From: Bilabrum cf. latius
Lineage: Eukaryota
DNA length: 64,000 bases
Direction: 5' to 3'
Assembly: GCA_965178125.1 (NCBI GenBank)
Contig: OZ237753.1
Span: 248,001 to 312,000 of the forward strand
The notes under the pieces were generated by a model. The model saw only the letters and a program-made list of their open reading frames with translations, was not told the DNA's origin and ran no database searches. Position numbers and translations under genes: made by a program. Below, in pieces: positions 49,801 to 60,810 of this stretch; position 1 is the stretch's first letter; each line of letters opens with the position of its first letter.

Positions 49801-52800
49801 GATCGACCGGACAACCGCAGGATGTGGGTGCTCCAGAGCCAGGAATCTACCGTGCCGTGCACCAGCTGCACGTCTCTCTGATGCTTCCAAAGGGGCAATA
49901 ATCGCCTTAACGTTGACCTCATAAAGCTGGCTTGCGATTTTCCTGATTTGCTCCGTGTCGACTGACGGACTTGCAGCAGCCGCTGCGACGCCCAAACCGC
50001 TCGTGTCTAAGATGTCATTTCCTGCCTTTGCAGCGGAAGACGACGACGACGATGATGATGATGATGATGATGATGAGCTTGCCTACAAAGAAGGGCCAGA
50101 CCCAGCACTTGCGGAGGCCTGGATGGAAACGGATGCTGCGGCAGACTGAAGCTCATTCGTTCGGACCGCAGATTGATGTGCTTGCGTTACGCACTCCTGC
50201 CAACATGTCTTCAGCTGCTGCCGCACTGTGTCAACTTCTCTGCAGCGCGCATATCGCCTGTCGGGCCGAACAAGGTTGTAGTCATTCTGTTTGAGCTGGT
50301 TTGCAGTGGCGTACTGCCTCTGTTGTTCCAAGGCGACAAGAGCAGACAAGGGCAGCGCTCTGCTAAGGTTGGACACAGAGCTGTACGGTAGGCTTGTTGA
50401 CGCCAGTACCCCCCCTGGACTCAACCCGGCATCAGAGGCTACTCCTTCGGCTGACAGTTCCAAAGCAAGCGCGTGATTGGGTCGGCGCAACAGCTACTGG
50501 ATCGATACACCGGCCACATCAGCAGATGTCTGCACGGACTCAAAGTGTTCCGCAAGAACTGCTCGCACTACATTGATCCGGGCAGAAAATCCGACACTAT
50601 CGTCACCGATTGGCTAAAGGATACCAGGGATTAAGTCCAACCACGACGAGTCGGGCGCAAAATCCTGCACCTCATCCAGGGCGTCCTGCAGAAATGTGGA
50701 GATTGCGATTGCAGCGTTCAATCGGAGACGCCATGGCAGCTGATCCAATGCCAAGAGCTTCGTTGACAAGCTCAAACACTTCATGAGGGTTTCACCGGCA
50801 AGCTGCCCCGCACTGTGCACGCGCATGGCATTGGTACCAACGATGCACTTGCGAACCAGCACATCAAACAGCTGCTCAACATGCTCGGGCGACGCTTCGA
50901 CGATAGTGGCAGGCAACACCTTTTCCATCAGGTCCAGTACTCTCAGAACTAGCTCGGCAATGGCAGTAGGGAGAGTGACAGAGGCGATGACTGTCGTTTG
51001 GCCAGATTCTTGGCCTCCCATGAATGCCTCTGGCGTAGCCTCAGGCAGGTGGAGCCCCATCTGATTGGACCACGCAGTGCGCATGGCTCGCGCAGCCGCA
51101 GCGGTGCTTTCGTCAACAATACCGATGATCGATGGGGCGTCATTGAATGGAATAGAGAATGCGTTCTGCTATGATCTCGAAGATGGTGGGTCCGCGGAAG
51201 CAGTCGGGTCGTCGGCGGGGGCACTTGCCTGTTCGCACACTGAATCATCACCATTAGTACCGACAACGTCTAGCTCGGAAAGGCTTGCAACAAGCTCAAA
51301 AGTGGCTGACAGGAAGTCAAGACAAGTCTTGGCATATACCCTTGCGCTTTCAGGGTCAGCACGACCTGCGCCTTGTATGATCAATGAAACAAAGCTGGAG
51401 CTCAGCACGGGCAGATCGCCAAGAGACAAAATGCGAGCGTGTCGAGCCTTCTACAGGAGCTGGCGCGATGTCGCGGCAAACTTGCCGACGTATCTTGCAA
51501 AAATACCAGAAGATGACTTGAAGATGCTCTGCAACGATTCGGGGCTCGAGTTCCCGAGCCGCATTAGAACATCCGGAAGGACCTTTGGTGCGACCGCGAG
51601 TTCGGGTGCCAGGCCAGACAGACCTTCTTGATTGGCTCCAGAGTGGACTGCCTGGGCAGCAGTGACCGTGCTACCACAAATACGGCATGCATCTTCGACC
51701 TCGTCGCTGGAGAAAGTGCTGGTGACTGACGAAGCCGGCAAGAACTTGGTCTACAGCTGCGTTAGATGCAACACCACCTAGCTCGCCGAATTTGCGATCG
51801 CATCCTCGAGGCAGCACAGCCTCTGTGCGTCCTACTGCTACATGAGAGATAGCACAGTAGACTCTTCGCATGTGGATTGTTTCGCCCGCAAGCGCTTTGC
51901 ACCTGGCCTTGCTTTCTCCTCAGACCCATCACTGGCTACTCCATTCGGGTTGGTTCCTCGTGCCACTGCTAAGAGTGCTTTCCATGCCGTTTTAGTCAAG
52001 CGTCTTACTCTTTCATCGCCCAAAATGGCAAAAATAGCAGCTTTGTGCACGTCCGCATTCCAGCAGATGGGCTCCTCCGGCTCAGCCGAATCGAGTTTTT
52101 GGGTCGAGTCCTGACCAGCACCGCTGCTCGCATCTCTAGTCGAACGGACTTCAACATCTTCCTTTTCAGCTCCCTCCTTCGATGGCTTTGAATCACAAAG
52201 GCCACGAATTACTTCAAGGATGGCAGTGGGCAAGCCTTCGGACTTTGTGAGGCCCCCATACAGCAACGCACAGGGATCGTCGGCTTCACCGGGCGAAATC
52301 AGCAGGGAGTCAATCTCGCCGTTGCTCAGCCCGCTGGCCGCATCCACGCTGTTCACACAAATGAATCGAAGCAAGCAAGACAGGGCCGCTTGAATGTTGG
52401 ACAGATGCGACGCTAGCTGCCTTGATCCAAATCTCATCTCGCCTATTTGCGAATCAATCGACGTCTGGATCTTATCCAACGTTCCATTTCCTACAAGCTT
52501 GCACCGCAACATTAACGGAGTGACTCTCCCGAATGCGCCATGTGTTTCAACATGGCTATGTGCTAGGAACGAAGACAACTGATTTAGCAGCAACGTGAGC
52601 TTGAAGTTTGATCGTGCTGGAAGTGACAACACCAAAGCTTTCCCGCGGTGCCTAGCCAAGTCGTGCATCAGCTCATGCACCTTGCTAGCTATGGCTACAC
52701 CGTCTTTTGATTCGCCCACTGACCCATCGTCCTCCATTTTGGCACTTGCAGAAGACGCAGCGCTACTGCTACTGCTGCTGGATGCAGACACTGCTTCGCT

Positions 52801-55800
52801 AGGGGAAGATAGCGGAGGCATGGCGTTGCCGCCCCGCCTGCGCCTGCCCGGTGTTGTTGAGGTGGGAGCCAGAAAGTTCTCTTCTGTCATGGCAGCGAAC
52901 GTTTGGATGGAATCACTAGGTGGCAACAGTCCAAGGTGGGAATCAAGCGCGTGGCTGGCAGCTGCAAATGATGTCAAACCTGACACGCGCCCAAGCGCCA
53001 CCGCGACGCCATCAAGCCCGTCAGCGTACTCCCTTAGCAATCCACAGTGACCCATGCGGCAGAAGTACGGGTGAGAAAGCGGGTCTGGTCCGCCCTCTAT
53101 GTTGGTACCCTCCTCATCTGCAGCGTCACAATCATCCATCGCCACAGAGGATGCAAGCTTGTCAGCTTCACCAGACTCAGACTTGGAGTCCAAGGAATGG
53201 GTCTCTTCGAAGCAGATTGGGCGACATTCGAAAAACTAGCTACCAAAGCCTTGCAGGTACGCCAGGCCTTCAATCATTTTCCTATGGGGATTGCTAGCTT
53301 CGTCTGAGGCACTTACATCGGACTGCGCTAAAGTGCAACATAGCTCGTGCATGTCCTTGCTTAGACTTAGGAGACCAACCGGTACAGGCACTTTCCCCAT
53401 AGGAGCCTTTCCTTTGACTGTACTGGCACGGGTTGGCTGCTTGCCGTCCCACTCCACGCTAAAGATGGCCCATGGAGATGCTTGCTGCTGCATAAGGCCG
53501 AGCTCAATGGAAGAGAAAGTGGGATTGTGCTGGAGTGAGCTGTGCCCAAGCATGCCACCAGCAATGCGAAGAGCATGCGAGGTGGACTCGCACTGCAGCT
53601 ACTGAAAGCCAGCCAAAAGAGGCTACAGATCTGTACTGAAGCACAGTTTGTCGTATTCATCGTGCCACAGCTGCACCATTCTCGGCTGAACGACGTATCC
53701 CATGTGTAAATTGCTCGTCACTCCCTCTTGAACAAGCAAGTTCCGCGGCCTAACACGCATAAGAAGCTTGCCCGAGCGATGCATCCCGGCGGTAGCCGTG
53801 CTTGAAACGGCGCAGCCCATGATTGCATCCCCCCATTGAGAGCCCGGCGTCGAGTTCAGCAGCAAGGGGCACAAAACTTGGCCAATAGTTTGATCATCAA
53901 GCTCGATATCCTCCCCTTTATGAAACTTGCGGACTTGCTCGGCACGACGCTTACACAGCTCTGACAGATAATCTAAGTCGTTCTCAACAGCCTTCACAAG
54001 CTTCTTGATCCAAACAACCGCAACCAGAAGGTCGTTGCCAGGTTCACTCTACATTGCGTGTTGCAGGGTCGTGTCATACCGAATGGGCGTGCCGCTTAAG
54101 AAGGTTAACTATTTCTGGCCCTACTTCTAAGGAACGTCTCGCGGATCGCTCGTGTACACGTGCACTGAAGGACTCGTCCCAGACATCTCCAACGACCGTG
54201 AATCGTCGTTTAGCTGTACAGAGACAATCGGCGGCAGGGCGTACTTCCTGCAGATAGCCGAGCAAACGTCCCCCACGGTGGTCTCTGGTCCGACCCCAGG
54301 CATCATAAAAGTGCCATCAGGCTACTCATGGAAGAATTTGCAAATTGCGTCTAGTCTCTTGGCTCGCTGTCTGATCAAGGCGACAGCAGTCTTGGCAGAT
54401 GCGGCCAGGACCAGACCACACATCTTCTCCACTTTCTCCAATGCCGCAATGCTGGCCTCGACATCCTGAAACGGCTTCTCCGGGCATCCGGCCACGAACT
54501 TGTGGCGGCCGACCAGTGTCGCTGGTACCAAAGAAAAAAATACATTTCGCAAATTGCTGCTCGCACCAGAACCCAGAGTTGACATGCCCGTCGCGATAGA
54601 CCTCCGAAGAGGCACAGGACAAGAGCCACGAATGGATGCGATTGCAAACGAAGTTCTTGACTGTGGCTGCAGCCTGCTGGAAAGCAGCTGCCTGGTCTTT
54701 TCTGCAAATTCTCCTTCGTTCGCTTTGGTCATGGATAAGGTGGTTTGTAAAGCACGCCGATCCTGGTCTCCAATACCGATCAAGCCCCTGGAGGCATTCA
54801 AATAGCTGCCACCGCCTGCAAGCGAGGCAATTAAGCGGTCCCCGGAGCAAAACATTGGCGACTTGTTGTAACTTCGATTGAGGCAGCGGAAAGCATCGCG
54901 GCGCGATAGTGCAATTTGAATGCCATCACTGGTGTCTGACGAGCCGTATAGCGTGTCTCCAAGCCAGCAATCGCGGGAGAGCTCCTGATCCAGCACCTAA
55001 TAATTCCTACCTGAAGCCTAGCGCCACTTCAAGCTAGACCCGTTCCATGACGTGACGCATGCGTCTTCGCCTTGGTTGAGCACCTCGCAAGCCCCGTGCT
55101 CATCGATCTCTTGCAGGCCAGCTAGTCGTGTCTGCAGCAGTAGCACTCGCAATAGGGTGAGAAGACGATGCAAAGACTCCTCCGCGCAGAAGGCCTACTA
55201 GGCCATTGTAGCCCTGCCGGCCGAAACTAAAACCCTCTCGGCATTCTCTCGAACTCGCCCTGCCGAAGATGCCTCGGAACTATCGGCCGAAGATGAGGAC
55301 TAGCCTACCTCATCGCATGTCTCCAAGAAAGCCGTGAGAGCTTGTCTGGGAACTCGAACGCTCGCAGACCCACAGCCCATCGACGGTGAGGAGGATCGGC
55401 AGCTCTGCAATAGACTATCGTGAACTTGGCCAGTCGGGACAGTGACGGGTCCGAAAATCGAGGGCTCAAATCCGCCCCCTACATGCTGAACGTGGGCTGC
55501 TACACTTTGAGGCGCATCATCACCGCCAGCTGATGCGGCTGCAGCTGCAACCAGGGCCGAATGCATATCAATTGGACCAGATCGCACACCATCCAGACTG
55601 TCTGTGCAATCATTGATAAGAGCAACGCAGATACGGATGAGGGCTCGCCTGGTGGCCGTCACGATTGGGCCATCGGAAGCCAGCCTCGGGAGCAAAGACA
55701 AAAAAGAAACGCAATCATCAGCGACGGCTCGACTTTGCGCTGTCAACAGGCACTACAAATGGAGACCAGTACCGGCAAGATCCAGCGGGCTGTACACCGG

Positions 55801-58800
55801 GCTTGTGGCATCGCTGTAGGCTGGGTTACCTATTGTCACTCTGTGAAGCGGATCGTGGTGGTCACAGGCTGAGGCACTTCGTCTCACGACGAATTTCCCA
55901 GGGCCACTCATTAAAGCGCCCTCAATGCTGGACTTGGCATACTTGGATACGCAAGAGAGAACGTTGGCGCTGCCTCTAGCGCACAGGCTTCGCCGCATTC
56001 CCATAAGGACCAAGCTAGAGAGCATGATGTCCTCTGACTGTCCATTGATGCTATCAAAGACGTTGCTGAGGCCCGATGCCGACGTCTTGATATCTCCAGG
56101 CTTGCTTGACGTCGATACTGTTTGGAGCACATCTGACTATCCAGGGATGCTCTGCATGTGCGGACCGATAGCACGAACGAGTGCCAGCTGGCTTCGTGTC
56201 ATTTTGGCTGGGTTGTCGGTACAGCCGGCCAAAACCGACGTGGCCAAGCGAATTGCGGCAGTAGAGCTTGTGCGAATTCTCTGCGGTGATGCAGCTATCG
56301 AGGCATTGTACAGCAGAGCTCCATTTCTTGAGGGGAGCGGCAAAATGCTGGCGCAAAAGTAGGCCAGAGCGTCATTACAAGCAGAGACCGACTGAGGTTG
56401 CTAGCGGATAACACCGTCCATACCCCGCGTAATCCTATCAATATCACTGCTGTCGATCCTAGCGATACCATCGGCGCGAGAGGTGCTGCAGAGAGCTGCG
56501 ATTGCTCTCACTACGACAGCAAAGGGTAGCCTCTCCGGCGGTCTGTCATCGAAGAGGCTCGGGCTTGCAGGTGACTGCACGCCAGTCTCTAAACGAGCCG
56601 ATTTGGCTGCCCTTTCTTCCTATTGGAGCGAAGACGCCTGGCGAGCAGATGGTCTCCTCTTCCGTTTTTTTGCTAGGGTGACAGACTCTGAATGGTCAGA
56701 AGACTCGCCTGACTCGGGCGAGGCTTTGGAGTTGGCTGCTAGGGCACTGCTCGCTGAGGCGCTGCTGGCTGCCGACGAAGATTGCTGAGGCGAGGTCTTC
56801 GTTGTCTTGCATTCTGTCTCGTCAGATGGAAGGTCATCACCCGCATCAATGTCCCACCATCGCAAGATAGCATGCACGAACACCTGGTCAGATGACCACC
56901 AAAGAGTATCACCGCCTTCGATGGTGGGGTCATAAATGGTAGCCCCTTGTGCGTCATTCGCTGCTAGCATTTCACTGCAGCGCTGCCCATCCCCTACGCG
57001 GCCACAAAGGCCAATCGAGATGCCTGGATGTGACTCGTCAGACGCAATTGATCGCGCGATCTTGGAAATGAGTGGTGGCCACTGCTGCGGCAGCTTGCAT
57101 TTCTTCCTCGAGTCACGTCCATCTTTCCCATGAGTTGGCAACCGGCAGAGCAGAACCGCAGCTGCAAGCGCTCGGCGAGCGTCCTACTTCAAGAGAACGG
57201 CCAAGCACGACCTGTACACTGACACGTTAATTCTCGCCGCGTTCGCAATGGACAAACCGCCGATCGTAATCATGAAATCGCAGAGAAATGAAGCAACTTG
57301 CTCTGCGGAATGGCTCAGCTCCTTAGAATCGTCTCCTTGCCCCGCCAGCGCTCGACGCAGTGCCTGCATCGGAGTAGCCAGCCGATGATCGAGCTCGTCG
57401 TGAATTCTGTGAATCGCAAAAGCAGATTCGTTGGCTCGGCCACATTTTGGCGAAAAGGGCCAGGCCGTGGCATCACACGTGGGGTATGGTAGCCTGAACT
57501 GGTCTGAAGCCGCCATTCCTGGCTTGGTTGCAGAGGATGACGTCGATCGGAGCCGCTAGTCATCGTCCTGGGCGACTTCAGCCAAAAACTTTGCGTCCGA
57601 CCACCACCTACTGCGCATGTAGACCTCAGCCCTCCCTGTGGACAGATGGGTGCCGTGGGATCCCCTCTGCAATGACTGCCCGAACCATCCTGATGACGCT
57701 GAATCAACGGCAGCCCCCATTCCTTCGTAGTCACTGCGCTGCTGTGCCGAATGGGGTCCCCAGTGCCTCCCAATTATGCCTTCGACCGGTATGCAGCCTT
57801 GTATCTCTTCTGCTTCTACATCGTCGTCATACGGCGTGCTGGCCGTGACCAATGGCAAACCTTGCTTGGTGGCAGAAACGCTAGCGATTCCAGCGCCAAG
57901 AACGTCACGCAGATCCAGGGCTGGAGGCGGCACATGGCGGAAATACAGGAATTGCAGCATCATCACTGATGCACTCGCAACGGTGGTCCGACACCCAACC
58001 AGCCTGTCACTAGCTTGCAGACCTGTCAGCAAATTCCGTAGCAGAGAACTGATCGCCGTCGGAAACTTCTCTCCTACGTTGCGCTCAGGCATGCGGCAGC
58101 CGCCGGCAAAAATAACACCTGACGCCTTGGCCTGCTCTTCGAGGTCTCTGCGTTCCTTGCTGTCCTCGTCGTACTCATGAAGGCTGACGTACAGCCCGGG
58201 GGGGCAGGAGGCGGAATCATCCGCCCCAGCGCCTGAAGCAGCACCGCGACTGCTTGCCATAGCGGTCTCGCCATGGCTGCTCTTGCTGTCGGAACGCGCA
58301 GTGTTGGAGTATTCGACAGCCAGCCTCAAATCTGCTTCAAACCGAGGCAGCCTGAGCAAGCGTCTAACCTAGTCAGCCTCGCCGTACTCCAAGTAGCAAT
58401 CGGCCAGTAAGGCTATCAAAAACTGCAACATAGAGTATGGCTCGGGTAAATCATACATGCCGTGCAAATAGGCCGCATCTACGAACTCGTCGGCAGCAAA
58501 TGGGCCCAGATACGTCTCAGCTTCACCTAGGTCCGCTGCACCAGAAGCAGCCCCCGAGGGATAGGCTGCGGCGGGTGCACTGACTGCTTCATGCGATTGG
58601 AAGGAGCCATCAAGTGCACCAAGCTCCTTCATAGCACCCTTCACCGCTTCCTAAGCAGCTCTTTGCACTGCACCGATACCCCTCAAGTCTGCATCAGTAG
58701 GGGCCGCTGGCAGCTTCGAGGCGGTCGCCGGTGGCAGCGATTCACCTCCCATAGGCACTTGCGAATCTTCCACAGCCATGCCATCGAACAGCTCCCCCAA

Positions 58801-60575
58801 AGCATCTCCCTGTGTAGCCTCTGAATCACCCTGCTGCGATTCTTCGAGATCCAGACCCCCACCAGTCTCGGACGCACGTTTGGGACCGGCAGATGACTTG
58901 GGAAGTCCACCCGATGATGCAGATGCTACTGCGCCGCCTCTAGCACCAGAGCTCGTAGCACTAGCACCTTCGTCTTCAAGAGGACCCGTGGGGCTTTCCA
59001 TGGCTAGTTTGAGGTATCTGCGGGCCTCAAGTCTGAGTGGTTGCATGTATTGTAGGTAGACGTCATGATTCAGGCCGCTCTGAATGACGTGGTTGGCACC
59101 CTGTAATGCAGCTGCCATGGCAGCGGAACTCAAGTTTTCATCGCCTTTGATCGCCGCCATGACAATTCTGGCCGCAATCGTGACATCCCAGAGGCCAAGT
59201 TCCACGAGAAGGGACAGGAAATCCAAGCATCGTTTCAAGACCTCCGTGTGCATCCTGTCCCCGAATACTCTTCTCAGCTAGCGCCTCTGCTCAAAGAGAA
59301 GCTTTCGGAACGTAACATTCTTGAGCCATAGGGTCGTTCTTTTGTTGGAGTTGTTGCGACAGTGCGTTGCGAGGTCCTTCAGCTCCTTCACGGAATCCAT
59401 CCTGCGCTTCAGGATTGGCGTCTGCGTACCCTGCAGAGCGATCGATAGCCGCATCAGGTATATCTGCCTCGAGAGCATGGTGGCGTCTAATACAGGCTTT
59501 GAAAACTTTTCAATGATATTGTAGGCATAATTCATGCTGTCTATCGACGTGTCTCTTTGCTCCTGCGTAAGCCAAGAAAAGGGAGCAGACAGCTTTCAGG
59601 CACGGCATGCAACAGCACAACATGCATACTGCTTGAGCTGCGACCGCATCACATATATCATAATTCTGCATGCTCACCTTGACAGACAGCCTGCCAACCC
59701 GTTCAACCATCGCCGCGATGGCGGCTGCCTGGGCCTCGGCCATGCCCTCTGGCGGATCGTAGCGGCACTGGTCAAACATATTGCGCACAACTTGGCAAGT
59801 AGATAGCATTCCTACCCATTTCCTGACGGTTGCGATGGCGGTGCCGTCCTCGCACTCTGCTATACGCCGCGCAACGACGCCAGCGAGGCGCTGGTGGAGC
59901 CGTGTCCGATGCAGCTGTTCGAGAATTGGACGTAGACTCTGCGCCGTGAGCTCCTCAGACCTTGGCCGAATGCCTCTGAAATACTAATGCATGTCTGGGT
60001 CAATCGGGCCAAGCGATGGCCCAGCGACGCCTTTTGCATCCGGAACTCGAACGAAGAGGGCGAATCTGAGGGTCTAGTTGAAGTGATCGAGCTCCGCTGC
60101 AGAGTGTTCACCAGACTCTATCTATGCTAGCACATAGTCGGCAGTCTGGAGGCAGCAGCACACCTATCTCAGTCCAGGAAAGTGGTCTGGTGACGGCTGA
60201 CGGCGCTCACTTAGTTGCCTGTCGACAAGCATGAACTTGCGGTACAACAGCTTTGCCATCGCATTGCCGTGCTGCAAGAGAAAATTCTTAAGCTGCTCGT
60301 CTGGAATTTGGTCACTTTGGCTGCGCAATGAAGGCGAAGGAAGAAGGGAGCATGAAGAGGATAGGCGTGGAAGGCGAAGGCCAAGCTCAGGATAATCTCA
60401 TCTTGCCTCACCCATGGCTGTTTTCATATAGATAAGAACAGAGCTTATCAGGATATTCATTTCGCTGCATTTGCTGCGAAGCTTCAAGGATGATTGGATG
60501 CATTGATACACCAGGAGCACCGCTAGTGGTCCCTGCTGCCTCAGCTGGTCGACTAGCCTGCGACTGCGATGCCAT
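43885..60575 (-). CDS. Giant ubiquitin-specific protease (USP9/USP24/USP34-like, peptidase C19), ~5,450 aa, 3 introns, more than 40 in-frame TAG
   Basis: Single minus-strand frame from 59562 to TGA at 43885-43887, broken only by TAG wherever I traced it. Cys box GLINPGMHCYLLSVLQQLF (Cys 49708-49710), QDQNDANE, LPRVLCLHMNRF, FPEVLDMWPY, His box GIVIHKGTANSGHYYSY (His 48688-48690), WIRFDD. The putative ATG 60575 and the 5' exons are less certain. Confidence 0.8.
50039..50076. repeat. (GAC)n(GAT)n trinucleotide tract encoding poly-Ser in the minus-strand USP gene
   Basis: Reads TCA/TCG codons in the USP frame. Confidence 0.8.
59563..59677 (-). other. intron (115 nt), USP gene
   Basis: GTGAGC...TTACGCAG; joins RLSVK|EQRDTS. 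Confidence 0.8.
60097..60210 (-). other. intron (114 nt), USP gene
   Basis: GTGAGC...CTCTGCAG, phase 1, keeps the frame open. Confidence 0.65.
60321..60411 (-). other. intron (91 nt), USP gene
   Basis: GTGAGG...pyrimidine tract...TTGCGCAG, phase 2. Confidence 0.65.
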
Positions 60576-60810
60576 CCTCCCAAAGATAAAATTAGCAGAC
60601 TTGCTTGGACTTCTTGCAAATCAAGAAATAATTCGTGCAACTCCCGGCAATGTGTATTAATTCCCCCTCTCTTCAAATGTCCCTTGCGGAACCAAAGCAT
60701 GGCGCCGCGCACTGCCAGGGGCAGTCCGCCGTTGCGGGCAAAGTGGCCCGCCGCGGGGCGAATTACACGCTTTATCAAAATTAGATTGGTTCAAAATTGC
60801 CAGTTACTAA

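Noticed and set aside
49955-50149. Plus-strand poly-Asp ORF
   Set aside because: It is the antisense of the USP poly-Ser tract.
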